DNA of 64,000 bases from Candidatus Moraniibacteriota bacterium (GTDB taxonomy: Bacteria; Patescibacteriota; Minisyncoccia; Moranbacterales; GCA-2747515): positions 78,168 to 142,167 of the forward strand of contig CP065011.1 in NCBI GenBank assembly GCA_016699795.1, written 5' to 3'. Made by a program: the position numbers and the translations under genes. The notes beneath the pieces are model-generated. The model did no database searches. It saw only the letters and a list, made by a program, of their open reading frames with translations, and was not told the DNA's origin. This document shows, piece after piece, positions 19,570 through 29,058 of the stretch (positions within the stretch are counted from its first letter, which is position 1; every line of letters begins with the position of its first letter).

Positions 19570-20538
19570 TTAGAAAATCTTCAAGATCGAAGATAATCCG
19601 CCAAATTCATTACTTTTATACGTATTATTTTTTTCCGTCACATTCTTCCAAGCTTTTTCTATACCTGAATTTCTCGAAATCCTTGCAAATCCGTAACGAT
19701 TATTTTCTTCAAAATTAACATTATCTATATTGGCATATCCCTTCGAGCCATAAGCATTTAACTCTAAACCTTCTCTATTGTTTTCATTAATATCACAATC
19801 AATAAGAGAAATATCAGAATTATCTAATACAGCAAGAACTCCACTTTTTTCATTTTCTTCAAAAGAACTATCTTCTGCCCACAATTCTACAGATTTAGAA
19901 AGGGCCATACCATTCCCATCATTCTTAGAAAAAGAACTTTTTATAAGAACAATTTTTCGATCTTCTTGAACATAAAGTCCAGACCATTCATTATTTCGAA
20001 TAATACTTTTTGAAATAGTTACTTCATATCTTTCATCTTTTGAGTCTGCACCCAAAACAAGTATTCCTTCTTTATCGTTATTTTGAACAATAACATTAGA
20101 GATTTCAGCTCGAGATTTTTTCTTTACAATAATTCCTTGTTTTCCATTTTCTACAGTAACACCAGAAAGTTTGGTTCCATGTTCCATATAGACAACAGTA
20201 TCATCATCGTCATCCGCCTTAATTGTAGTTTCGGAAGATCCTGCTCCAATAATTTGAGCATCTTCAGGAATATTTATATTTTCTTCATATTTCCCCTTAG
20301 CTACGTATATTTTCGTACCATCATTATCTTTTACTTGCTCAATTGCTTGAGAAATTGTTTTGAAGGGATGATTCTTGGAACCATTTTCTGTTCCAGAAGC
20401 ATTTTTATCAACATAGAGCTCTTTATAAGAATCACCGATTGCTAAAAAAGGAATCGCTAAAACTATTGCCATAAAGGCAAAAACACCCACACCAAAAGAC
20501 GTTTTCTTATTTGAAAAATAATTCATAAATAAAAACAC
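19570..20538 (-). CDS. Secreted right-handed parallel beta-helix repeat protein
   Basis: 322 aa. Signal/TM at the N-terminus. Repeated ~22-aa segments rich in N/G/S with conserved hydrophobic positions (IRNNEWSGLYVQ, FSKNDGNGMAL, INENNREGLEL), typical of PbH1 repeats. Confidence 0.55.
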   Translation of the reverse strand: MFLFMNYFSNKKTSFGVGVFAFMAIVLAIPFLAIGDSYKELYVDKNASGTENGSKNHPFKTISQAIEQVKDNDGTKIYVAKGKYEENINIPEDAQIIGAGSSETTIKADDDDDTVVYMEHGTKLSGVTVENGKQGIIVKKKSRAEISNVIVQNNDKEGILVLGADSKDERYEVTISKSIIRNNEWSGLYVQEDRKIVLIKSSFSKNDGNGMALSKSVELWAEDSSFEENEKSGVLAVLDNSDISLIDCDINENNREGLELNAYGSKGYANIDNVNFEENNRYGFARISRNSGIEKAWKNVTEKNNTYKSNEFGGLSSILKIF

Positions 20539-20658
20539 AATTAATTACAAAATATCAAAGTAATAACGTTCGAAGATAGCAGATAAAACGAAAAATGTCA
20601 AGACCTGCGTTATTGCAAAATCAAGTTAAGTTTAACGCACCTTTTTTTCCCTCCCCTC

Positions 20659-23253
20659 CTAATCCCCCACCGTAACCGTCATACTATGAGTAAGACGATT
20701 CCCTGCTTTATCTGTTACTTTGAGAGTAAGGGTGTAGATTCCATTTGAAACAGATTCAGGGATGATGAAGAAAGAATCTTTTTTGTTTGGTATCTTTTTC
20801 CATTCTTTATGATAGGGAGTGAGTTTTACTTGATAGGAGTCTATACCAGAGAAGTTATCTTTTGCAGGAAAGTCTATTCTTGTTCCTCTTGTTACGTTTT
20901 GTGTTTTTGGAAGTTCTGTTTTGAAGGTTGGAGCTTTTCTATCATAGATTACTTTAAACCATTGTGAGATGTCAGATTCATTTCCTGCTTCATCTATAAG
21001 TTTGATAGCATAGTGTCTTGAATCATTTTCTTTTTTTGGGAGAGAGTATTCCCAATTCCCATCTTTATCTATACGTGCAGTAGCTATTTTTCTTTTTGCT
21101 CCAAGATAGGTTCTTTGATACACAACGACAGTTCCATTCTTTGCTTCTTCATTCCTTCCTTTAAGTTTGGGACGTTCTTTTTGTGTATAGAAGGTTTCTC
21201 CTTCTTCTATGTTTGTTTTCTTTGTTCCTTTGAGTTCGAGAGTGATTTGAGATTTTGGTTCGAGGGTAGGTTCTTTTGTATCTATAGTAGTATCTTCTGA
21301 AGGAGATGTTTGTATGCTTGTACTATTTCCTACATTGTCTGTTGATCGTATGTATATGATGTGGTTTCCATCAGAGAGATTGGTGAGGGTGCAGGTGAAT
21401 GATTCTTCTTGTTCTTCAAAGAGAGAATCGTTTGAGGTGCATGGAGTCCATGATCCTGAGAGAGAGTCGAGTTGATACTCTACGTTTTGGATAGTTCCAT
21501 CAGTATCTTTTGTTGTTCCGGTAAGAATAAGAGTGGAATCATTGGTAAGAGGAGGGAGAGGGTTAAGAGTGAGGGAGGGATAGGTGAGGTCTATGGTGAA
21601 GGTGAAAGAAGATTCTTCTCCTTCTTTTGTGGTATTGGTATTGGAGTCAGTAGATCGTGTGTATATGGTATAGGTTCCATCTGTGAGTTCAGGAGTTGTG
21701 CAAGAGAAAGATTCTGATGCACTGTTAAAAGTTCCATCATCTGGGGTGCAGGGAGTCCAAGATCCGGAGGTAGAGTTGAGTTGGAATTCTACGGATTGGA
21801 TGGTACTAAGGAGATCAGTTGCTGTTCCGGTAAGAGTTGGTGTGGAGTCTGGGGTGGGAGTGGAGATGGGAGTGAGGGAGAGGGAGGGAGGAGTGGTGTC
21901 GTAAGAGAAGGCGGAGAGGAAAATGTCGGATCCTCCAAAACCCACCCCTGATTCATAGGGATCGGTAAAATCTCCATCACCGTTTAAATCAGCTATGTCG
22001 GTTATGCGACCCGTTATGTAAATATTTCCAGAAGAATTACTAATACTACTATAAACAAAATCATTTCCTACCCCTCCCAAACGTCTAGACCAGAGATATT
22101 CTCCAGAAGAAGTAAAGGCAGAAATAAAGGCATCTTGCCCCCCATACGGAACTCCGCCAGTTTCATTAACATCAAGAATATCTCCGTCACCATTAAGATC
22201 AGCTATGCCCGTTACGGATCCTGCTATATAAATATTTCTGGAAGTATCTCTACTACTAATATTCCAAATGTAATCGAAGCTCCCCCCTCCTAAACGTTTA
22301 GACCAAAGATATTCTCCAGAAGAAGTAAAGGCAGAAATAAAGGCATCTTGCCCCCCATACGGAACTCCGCCAGTTTCATTAACATCAAGAATATCTCCGT
22401 CACCATTAAGATCAGCATCACCAGTTATAAATCCTGTTACGTAAAGATTTCCAAAAAAATCAGTTATTACTTTATAATTAGTGTCTGTCTCTAATCCTCC
22501 TAAACGTTTAGACCAAAGATGTGTACCATCTGATGTAAAGGCGGAAAGAAAGGCATCCGGCTCTCCATACGGAGCTACGACAGTTTCATTGAAATCATTA
22601 GTATCACCATCGCCATTAAAATCAGCTGTACCCCTCGTTTGTCCTGAAATATAGATACCTCCAGAAAAATCCACAGAACTGCCTCGACCAGTATCTTGTT
22701 CTACCCCTCCCAAACGTTTAGACCAAAGATATTCTCCAGAAGAAGTAAAGGCAGAAATAAAGGCATCTTGCCCCCCATACGGAACTCCGCCAGTTTCATT
22801 AACATCAAGAATATCTCCGTCACCATTAAGATCAGCTATGCCCGTTACGGATCCTGCTACATAAAGATTTCCTGAGGAATCAAGAGTTATACTCGAACCA
22901 TTATCAGTTCCCGTTCCTCCAAGACGCTTTGACCAGAGATATGTTCCGTCTGAGGAAAAAACGGAGAAAAAAGCATCAGTTCCTCCGAATCCTATTCCTG
23001 ATTCATAGGGATCAGTAAAGTCTCCATCGCCATTTAAGTCAGCGTCTCCAGTAATATATTCTGCAACATACATATTTCCTGAGGAACCTATAGCTATGTA
23101 ATAACCAGTATCGCTCCCTGCTCCTCCCAACCGCTTTGACCACTCATGTGTGACCGTTGCTGCCTGAGCATACTGTGAAAGAAAAAAGAAAACAAAGAAT
23201 ATTCCGAAAAGTGTGGGGAGAAGATGTGATTTTTTATAAGAAAAAATTCTCAT
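20659..23253 (-). CDS. Large secreted SBBP-repeat beta-propeller protein with FG-GAP-like DxNGDGD calcium-binding inserts, PT-rich linker and C-terminal Ig-like domains
   Basis: 864 aa. Signal peptide, then ~6 repeats of LWSKRLGG.G.D.G..I..DSSGN.YV.G..TG.ADLNGDGD..D.NE.GG.PYGG.DAFISAFTS.G.YLW. Then TPISTPTPDSTPTLTGT linker, then two similar domains (TDGTYTIYTRSTDSNTN / SDGNHIIYIRSTDNVGN). Confidence 0.65.
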   Translation of the reverse strand: MRIFSYKKSHLLPTLFGIFFVFFFLSQYAQAATVTHEWSKRLGGAGSDTGYYIAIGSSGNMYVAEYITGDADLNGDGDFTDPYESGIGFGGTDAFFSVFSSDGTYLWSKRLGGTGTDNGSSITLDSSGNLYVAGSVTGIADLNGDGDILDVNETGGVPYGGQDAFISAFTSSGEYLWSKRLGGVEQDTGRGSSVDFSGGIYISGQTRGTADFNGDGDTNDFNETVVAPYGEPDAFLSAFTSDGTHLWSKRLGGLETDTNYKVITDFFGNLYVTGFITGDADLNGDGDILDVNETGGVPYGGQDAFISAFTSSGEYLWSKRLGGGSFDYIWNISSRDTSRNIYIAGSVTGIADLNGDGDILDVNETGGVPYGGQDAFISAFTSSGEYLWSRRLGGVGNDFVYSSISNSSGNIYITGRITDIADLNGDGDFTDPYESGVGFGGSDIFLSAFSYDTTPPSLSLTPISTPTPDSTPTLTGTATDLLSTIQSVEFQLNSTSGSWTPCTPDDGTFNSASESFSCTTPELTDGTYTIYTRSTDSNTNTTKEGEESSFTFTIDLTYPSLTLNPLPPLTNDSTLILTGTTKDTDGTIQNVEYQLDSLSGSWTPCTSNDSLFEEQEESFTCTLTNLSDGNHIIYIRSTDNVGNSTSIQTSPSEDTTIDTKEPTLEPKSQITLELKGTKKTNIEEGETFYTQKERPKLKGRNEEAKNGTVVVYQRTYLGAKRKIATARIDKDGNWEYSLPKKENDSRHYAIKLIDEAGNESDISQWFKVIYDRKAPTFKTELPKTQNVTRGTRIDFPAKDNFSGIDSYQVKLTPYHKEWKKIPNKKDSFFIIPESVSNGIYTLTLKVTDKAGNRLTHSMTVTVGD
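22094..22859. repeat. Three perfectly identical 110-bp intragenic repeats (two extend to 133 bp) inside the SBBP gene
   Basis: The sequence agatattctccagaagaagtaaaggcagaaataaaggcatcttgccccccatacggaactccgccagtttcattaacatcaagaatatctccgtcaccattaagatcagc occurs at 22094-22203, 22307-22416 and 22727-22836. Copies 1 and 3 stay identical to 22226/22859. A diverged copy lies at about 22516. Confidence 0.9.
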
Positions 23254-23413
23254 ATTTTTTTATTTCATTCTATTTTTTTACTTTCTCCTATTCTATCATA
23301 TTCATAAAAGAGAACAAAGAAATTGCATAAAAAAATTCTAAAACAAAAGACTATTTCTAAAAAGAGGAGGATATTTCTTTTTCATATACTGTGTATAATC
23401 TATAAAAAAGTAA

Positions 23414-23442
23414 TTGACATAATTTTTCTCACCTTCTATTCT
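23414..23442 (+). promoter_or_regulatory. Sigma70-like promoter for small membrane protein gene
   Basis: TTGACA (23414-23419), 17-nt spacer, TATTCT (23437-23442). The gene has a strong AAGGAG RBS 8 nt before the ATG. Confidence 0.4.
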
Positions 23443-23497
23443 TTATTCAGTACCAAGAGAGGATGGGTAATTCTTTTTTAAGACAAGGAGAATTCCC

Positions 23498-23692
23498 ATG
23501 CATTGCATCATAAAAAACATCTTTCTCGGAAGCGGAATAATCCTGTTTGCGGTACTAGTCTATCTAGCATCATTCAAACAAACAGAGATTCTTAGGACTC
23601 CTCTTTATGAGATATGGGTCCCACTTGTAATAGTGGTAGTTCTTTCCTTCATACTTGCTGGAATAAGAACTCCCACGAGCAAATGTCCCTAA
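23498..23692 (+). CDS. Small two-TM membrane protein (64 aa)
   Basis: Two hydrophobic helices (IFLGSGIILFAVLVYLA; VPLVIVVVLSFILAGI). Has its own promoter, SD and terminator. Confidence 0.4.
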   Translation: MHCIIKNIFLGSGIILFAVLVYLASFKQTEILRTPLYEIWVPLVIVVVLSFILAGIRTPTSKCP

Positions 23693-23733
23693 CGAAACAG
23701 CTGTCGGCGAATAGCTATTCGCCGACACCCTCA

Positions 23734-23759
23734 CCATTTCAAAAAGAAATGGTTTTTTT
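23734..23759 (+). terminator. Rho-independent terminator (ccatttc/gaaatgg + T7), preceded by a second perfect hairpin at 23703-23726
   Basis: 7-bp stem, aaaaa loop, then ttttttt. Upstream hairpin gtcggcgaata..tattcgccgac. Lies between convergent genes. Confidence 0.55.
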
Positions 23760-23795
23760 ATTTTATAAAAATCTACTCTTCTCATTCCCAGAAGA

Positions 23796-24413
23796 CTACA
23801 TCGTTCTTTTCTTCACCAAATAGATAGTTGTCATATATCCAACATTGGAAGGAAGATTGGAAGAGAAAATATCAAGATCATAAAGTGTCGCACAAACCAA
23901 AGGAGCAATCACCAATGAATTTTTTTCATATTTTCCATCACGAAGATTTTTTGCAGCAAGAGCTGTATCAGAAGCTTCTCGGAAAACGCACTGAGAAAAC
24001 ATATTTTGAAGAGCAATCTTATGTTCTTTAAGAGCCTGGGGATGTGAATAAAAAATTACAGGCCTCTTTATATCAATTACAGAATGGGAAAGAAGTGCGT
24101 GATCAAGTTGAAAATCTTGTTCATCTACTTTTTCAAAAGAATATTTTTGTATAGCTTTTTGAGTTTCTGCGACAAATCCAGAGCGAGATGATTTCCAAGC
24201 AAATGTTCCGTATTGAATATCTCCCCTTTCTAGTGATTTCAAAACATTTTCGGTTGTAATAAGATATTGAATATTACTATTTTTCCACCCGTATTTTGTA
24301 GCAAAGAAAAAACAAGCCCTTTCATTTGTACTTCCTTTATCCCCTTGTATACCGATACGCATACCATCCATAATTTTTTCTTCTCTATTCTTTTTTGATA
24401 CGCTCTTCATCAA
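23796..24413 (-). CDS. Prephenate dehydratase (PDT) catalytic domain protein, no ACT domain
   Basis: 205 aa. MRIGIQGDKGSTNERAC (cf. PDT N-terminus), FYSHPQALKEHKIAL (cf. conserved SHPQAL-QC motif) and a degenerate TRF-like region YMTTIYLV. The chain ends where an ACT domain would begin. Confidence 0.5.
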   Translation of the reverse strand: MMKSVSKKNREEKIMDGMRIGIQGDKGSTNERACFFFATKYGWKNSNIQYLITTENVLKSLERGDIQYGTFAWKSSRSGFVAETQKAIQKYSFEKVDEQDFQLDHALLSHSVIDIKRPVIFYSHPQALKEHKIALQNMFSQCVFREASDTALAAKNLRDGKYEKNSLVIAPLVCATLYDLDIFSSNLPSNVGYMTTIYLVKKRTM

Positions 24414-25348
24414 AAATTTGTGATTCGTACGGAGAGTCTATTATCGTTCTTTAGTACTTTGGTATTATTATAATCTATTGTAGCATCTTCTCGTATTTGA
24501 GCAGAAGCAATGTCTGATCGTAGTACATACGTATATTCAGGTATGTATTTTATTTTTGAATCTGAATCAAAGGAAGATTTTCGTAAAATTTCAGAAAATA
24601 GGGTACGAATTTCCAAGCCACTTTTTACTCCAGAAATTTTATTCCCAGGCCATATTTCATTAAGAAGGAGTAAGCCTTTCTTTTCCAAAATAGGATATAA
24701 ATTTTCCAAAAAATCATGAATTTTTTCATTAACTTTATCCGCATCTTTTAGCTCACCCACCATAAAATGGAATAAATTATTTGTACAAATAACATCAAAA
24801 GACTCTTTGTCGAAAGGAATTTCTCCTCCATCAGCAATACTAAAATTAATATCTTTCTCTTTTTGAGCCTTCTTATAGTGCGAAATATTTTTTACATCAA
24901 TATCAATAACAAAAATATCCGATTGAAGATTTAATTTTTTAGCAAAATCATAAAATTCCTGAGCGCTATATTTCCCATAGGATCCTACAAGGAGAAATTT
25001 TGGCTGATCCAAAGATTGAATTCTTTGTATTTCTTCTTGTCCCAAAAGTTCAAAGTATGTCGGCTCTGCAGCACCGAATGTTGAGCTAAAAATAACCTTT
25101 TCATTCTCGATATACCCACTTATTTGTGGAGGCTTTCCAAATAAATTACTATTATCCCGCATCATTTGATATTCAAGAGCAATTTCTCCAAAACTTTTTT
25201 TCAAAATTTCAGCTATTTTTTCTATAGATTCTCGATCTGAAAGCCCTGTTATATCTGTAATATCTTCAGGTCGTATATTCTGAGGAAAAGCCTCATAAGA
25301 AATCTCTTTTTCTTTTTCAATGTTATTTGGAGAGAAAAATTCTTTCAT
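24410..25348 (-). CDS. Class I SAM-dependent methyltransferase-like protein
   Basis: 312 aa. Motif I-like FLLVGSYGKY, acidic beta2 end FVIDID, and FDVICTNNLFHFM (post-II motif FDxIxxxxxxHH-like). ATGA overlap with the downstream PDT gene. Confidence 0.35.
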   Translation of the reverse strand: MKEFFSPNNIEKEKEISYEAFPQNIRPEDITDITGLSDRESIEKIAEILKKSFGEIALEYQMMRDNSNLFGKPPQISGYIENEKVIFSSTFGAAEPTYFELLGQEEIQRIQSLDQPKFLLVGSYGKYSAQEFYDFAKKLNLQSDIFVIDIDVKNISHYKKAQKEKDINFSIADGGEIPFDKESFDVICTNNLFHFMVGELKDADKVNEKIHDFLENLYPILEKKGLLLLNEIWPGNKISGVKSGLEIRTLFSEILRKSSFDSDSKIKYIPEYTYVLRSDIASAQIREDATIDYNNTKVLKNDNRLSVRITNF

Positions 25349-25434
25349 ATATATGCACTATTTTTTATTTAATGACTCCAGACTTATTATAAAATAGCCT
25401 TTCTTTGTTTTTTAATAAGAATACATTCTCTCTT

Positions 25435-26049
25435 TTATAAATCTTCTAACTTTTTTTGAAGAAAAAGAAGATCCTCAAAAAAAGGATTTTCTTTCCACTG
25501 AAGAAGTAAACTAGCTATTGTTTTTCTCATATGATTAAGTGTTTTTTCTTTAGAAACACTGAATCGTTCAAAAACAACATCGCCATCTTTAAAAATATCA
25601 GCCAAAAGCTCAGAAACATTTGCGATAACATCAGCAGATTTAACTAGAAGAGAATCTTTTGAAAATGTTTGAATATGTTCAAGTGCTTCTTTTTTTCTTT
25701 CATCCCAAGAAAGATTTCTATCATTTTCTGTTACACTATATACTAAGAAAGCAACTTCTTCTCCGAATCGTTCAGCAATTAAATCCTTATTAACTTTTTT
25801 ATAATCAGGACTATCTTCTATGGTATCGTGAAGTATTCCAGCAATAACAACTTCCTCTCGAGCTTGCGCTTGAGAAAGTAAAAACCCTACTGTTAATGGA
25901 TGAATAATATAAGGTATATCTTTCCCTTTTCGTCGTTGTTTCTGGTAAACTTCATGCGTTTTAAGTGCAAATCGAATGGCTTTTTGAATATTCATTGTAT
26001 AAATCATATATATCTCTCTATTTTTTATTATCCTATCCCTATTCTTCAA
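25435..26049 (-). CDS. HD-domain (p)ppGpp hydrolase-like protein (small alarmone hydrolase, RelA/SpoT HD only)
   Basis: 204 aa. KDIPYIIHPLTVGFLL...VIAGILHDTIEDS...ERFGEEVAFLVYSVTE matches the RelA/SpoT N-terminal HD hydrolase signature. Confidence 0.6.
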   Translation of the reverse strand: MKNRDRIIKNREIYMIYTMNIQKAIRFALKTHEVYQKQRRKGKDIPYIIHPLTVGFLLSQAQAREEVVIAGILHDTIEDSPDYKKVNKDLIAERFGEEVAFLVYSVTENDRNLSWDERKKEALEHIQTFSKDSLLVKSADVIANVSELLADIFKDGDVVFERFSVSKEKTLNHMRKTIASLLLQWKENPFFEDLLFLQKKLEDL

Positions 26050-26227
26050 TAAGCCCTTTTATCATAATACAGCCTAAAAGCAAAACCTTCCAATTATTTT
26101 TTTCTTAAAACAAATTTATAAATTCTCTATTTCTCCCCCTTCTCAAGCAAACTTTTTTTCAAATAAAAAAGCAGAAGGTATAGTTATTTTTTATAACCAT
26201 CTGCTTATAAAAGCTCTCGAGGCATAT

Positions 26228-26995
26228 TTAATAGAATTTTCTATTATAATATTCTCTCTTTAAATATGTTTTTTTAGTATCAGTTACTCTCCTGAAAAGA
26301 GTTACCCCACAATTAATTGGAAAAAATTTCCGATTATTGCAGAAAAATTTTTCAGGCTCTTTTTTTTCGAGAAATGCCATTATAGACAATAAAGTGATTT
26401 GATGTCCTATTATAAGTATATTCTGGTCAGTATATTCCTCCATAATAAGAATAAGCCAATCTCGTATTCTTTTAAAAGTATCTCTGGTACTCTCTCCTCC
26501 TGGATATTGATACTGATATGTTCCTTTATACTCACATAATCTCCTTTGTTCAGGATGAAGTGCGTAATAAATCTCTTTATCATTATAAAGAGTCTTAAGA
26601 CCATGCTCCTTTTCTCGAATTCGATATTCGTTAATAGTTGGCACAAATTGAAGCTGTTCCCAACCTCGAATTAAACCAAAAAGTGTTTCCTGAGTCCTAA
26701 GATAGGGGGAAACGAAAATAACATCAGGAAGACAGAGCTCCTTAGAAAGATTTTTCCCCACAATTTCCGATGTTGGACTCTCTGAGTCCACCAAGGGAAT
26801 ATCCTTATCATTGATTTCTAAAGGAAATTTTTTAGCAACCTCTTTTGCTAAAAACTGAGTTTTATAACTCTCTGGATTTTTTCTGTATTTTTTTAAGAAC
26901 TTCTTATAAAGAGGGTCTTTCTCCTTTTGCTTCCGAAGCTGATTATATACAGACACATCGTGTCTAATAAGAGTTATCGTTGCGGGTAAATTCAT
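26228..26995 (-). CDS. Histidine phosphatase superfamily (phosphoglycerate-mutase-like) protein
   Basis: TLIRHDVSVYN (RHG motif), SPYLRTQETL, and IIGHQITLLSI (second catalytic His). Confidence 0.55.
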   Translation of the reverse strand: MNLPATITLIRHDVSVYNQLRKQKEKDPLYKKFLKKYRKNPESYKTQFLAKEVAKKFPLEINDKDIPLVDSESPTSEIVGKNLSKELCLPDVIFVSPYLRTQETLFGLIRGWEQLQFVPTINEYRIREKEHGLKTLYNDKEIYYALHPEQRRLCEYKGTYQYQYPGGESTRDTFKRIRDWLILIMEEYTDQNILIIGHQITLLSIMAFLEKKEPEKFFCNNRKFFPINCGVTLFRRVTDTKKTYLKREYYNRKFY

Positions 26996-27144
26996 TTAGA
27001 AAACCTTCTCTTTTCTTCTCAAAGAACAATATCTTTAGGCTACTTCTTTTTTTATGTTAAATCAAGGATTAAATCTATTAAGACTCTAAAATCTTATACA
27101 TTAAAAAGGAGAAAAGATATGTTCTATCTTCTCTCCTTTATTCT

Positions 27145-27474
27145 TTACACCGAGATTCTCTCCAAAATTTCAGGGTAAACCATACCCTGAATTTCTTCCC
27201 CATCTAAAACCTCAATGGGAAAATGTAAAAATTCATTCGGAACAACTTCAAATTCTTCTGTTCCGAAAGCTTCTATAAGAACCAAGTCTAGTTCTTTTAT
27301 CCACTCAGAGTCCTGAATGGTGTTTTTAAAAGAAGGAGACTTCTTCGTTGGGGCTAATTGATAAGCCCAATATTCCTCTCCCCCTTTTTGCTTAGTAGAA
27401 AAGGATTTTTTTGCTATCATGCACAATAAACTACTGTACATGACTATTGTACCCGGCTGTAATTGCAGATGCAT
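27145..27474 (-). CDS. Hypothetical protein
   Basis: 109-aa ORF in host-like composition with no recognisable motif. Confidence 0.3.
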   Translation of the reverse strand: MHLQLQPGTIVMYSSLLCMIAKKSFSTKQKGGEEYWAYQLAPTKKSPSFKNTIQDSEWIKELDLVLIEAFGTEEFEVVPNEFLHFPIEVLDGEEIQGMVYPEILERISV

Positions 27475-27705
27475 TTCTTTTTCCTCAACCTAGAGGATGA
27501 ATGTTTTTTCTCGCAGAAAAAGCATTGCGGGAAAGCCTGCCAAAAATTCGGCACACGAAATTCAATACAAATATAAAATTTCCTGTGCTAAATTCTCGAT
27601 ATATTTTAAAACTTTTTATCTAAAAAAGCACAAATTCTAGAATTTGTCAACGACAATTCGAGTAATTTCAACAATTAATTATAAGTTGAATACTAAAAAT
27701 ATCTC

Positions 27706-27739
27706 GTAAAAAACGAAAAGGTCCCGTATAAACGGGGCC
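27706..27739 (-). terminator. Rho-independent terminator ending the ribosomal-protein array after rpsI
   Basis: Minus-strand transcript: ggccccgt-uuau-acgggacc hairpin followed by UUUUCGUUUUUU. 33 nt after the rpsI stop. Confidence 0.6.
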
Positions 27740-27771
27740 TTTAAAAAACGATTCTCAAAGAAAATAAATGC

Positions 27772-28239
27772 TTAACGTTTGCTCCATTGTGGTGCTCGTC
27801 GAGCTTTTTTAAGTCCTGGTTTCTTTCGTTCAACCTTACGAGCATTTCTCGTAATCATACCAGCAGATTTAAGTGTGGGTTTAAGACCAGCATCCATATT
27901 CACTAAAGCACGAGCCACTCCTAATCGAACAGCTTCTGCCTGACCTCGCATACCACCACCACGAACAACGCAAGTTACTCGAACCTTTCCCATAAATCCA
28001 GTAAATTCGAGAGGTCTCTTGGCTTGTTTTTTAAAATCAAGATTACTAAAATATTCTTCAAAATCAACTCCGTTGACGATAAGTGAAGATTCTTCATCCT
28101 TAACTTTTTCATCGTAAACTCTTACTTGAGCTACAGAAGTTTTTCGACGACCAATTCCAGGATAATATTTTTTCACTATTACCTTCTTTTCTTGATCATC
28201 TTTCGTAGTTTGTTGTGTCATTGTTGTTGTCATATACAT
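27772..28239 (-). CDS. rpsI: 30S ribosomal protein S9
   Basis: C-terminus ...GGGMRGQAEAVRLGVARALV...ARKVERKKPGLKKARRAPQWSKR. N-terminal ~25-aa extension. Confidence 0.9.
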   Translation of the reverse strand: MYMTTTMTQQTTKDDQEKKVIVKKYYPGIGRRKTSVAQVRVYDEKVKDEESSLIVNGVDFEEYFSNLDFKKQAKRPLEFTGFMGKVRVTCVVRGGGMRGQAEAVRLGVARALVNMDAGLKPTLKSAGMITRNARKVERKKPGLKKARRAPQWSKR

Positions 28240-28248
28240 TAAAACTCT

Positions 28249-28665
28249 TTATTCATGAGTAATGTGGATAGTATGAGCATGTTCTTCTCCAATATAGAGA
28301 AAAAGTCGATTCATACGATTCTGTTGAAGCTTATTTTTGGGAAGCATTCCTAAAACCGCTTTTTCAAAAATTCTTTTAGGATCACGGTCTTTTACTTCTT
28401 CATATCGAAGCGAAGTAAGTCCTCCAGGATATCCAGAATAATGATGGTACATTTTTTTTGTTTCTTTTCCTCCTGTTACTTGAATATTTTCCACATTAGT
28501 AACAACTACAAAATCTCCTCCATCAATATGTGGAGTGAATGAGGGGTGATGCTTTCCAATTAAAATCTGAGCGACTTTAGTTGCAAGACGACCAAGAACC
28601 TCGTCTTTAGCATCAAATAAATGATATTTCCGGGTGATTTGCTTCATACGTTCACAAAAAATCAA
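28249..28665 (-). CDS. rplM: 50S ribosomal protein L13
   Basis: WHLFDAKDEVLGRLATKVAQILIGKHHP... is an L13 signature. 4-nt overlap with rplQ. Confidence 0.9.
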   Translation of the reverse strand: MIFCERMKQITRKYHLFDAKDEVLGRLATKVAQILIGKHHPSFTPHIDGGDFVVVTNVENIQVTGGKETKKMYHHYSGYPGGLTSLRYEEVKDRDPKRIFEKAVLGMLPKNKLQQNRMNRLFLYIGEEHAHTIHITHE

Positions 28666-29030
28666 TCAACAAATTCTACCACTGCCATCTTAGCGCTATC
28701 ACTTTTTCTGGCAGGGAGTTTAGTTACACGAGTAAAACCACTAGTTCTTATTTCAAATCGTTTACGAAAATCATCATCAGCAAATTTTTCTACCGCCATC
28801 TTAGGAAGACGACTTGCCAAAAGACGCAATATAGCAACTTTTCTTTCCGGATCAGAAATTTTCTTAGCAATAGTAACCACACGATCAATTCGAGCCTTTA
28901 TTTCTTTAGCTTTTGCCTCTGTCGTTACAATACGTTCACGCTGAATAAGACTTCCCATGAGAGTCTTTAAAAGTGCTCGCCTCTGCGAACGAACTCTTCC
29001 GAATTTTCTTCCTTGACTACGATGTTTCAT
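28662..29030 (-). CDS. rplQ: 50S ribosomal protein L17
   Basis: MKHRSQGRKFGRVRSQRRALLKTLMGSLIQRERIVTT... Confidence 0.9.
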   Translation of the reverse strand: MKHRSQGRKFGRVRSQRRALLKTLMGSLIQRERIVTTEAKAKEIKARIDRVVTIAKKISDPERKVAILRLLASRLPKMAVEKFADDDFRKRFEIRTSGFTRVTKLPARKSDSAKMAVVEFVD

Positions 29031-29058
29031 AACTGTTTCTCAAATAATTCTTTTAGAA

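Noticed and set aside
20659-23253. Diversity-generating retroelement (template/variable repeat) explanation for the intragenic repeats
   Set aside because: The repeat copies are perfectly identical rather than differing at adenines. They are in-frame coding repeats of a propeller blade. No reverse transcriptase gene is present in the window.
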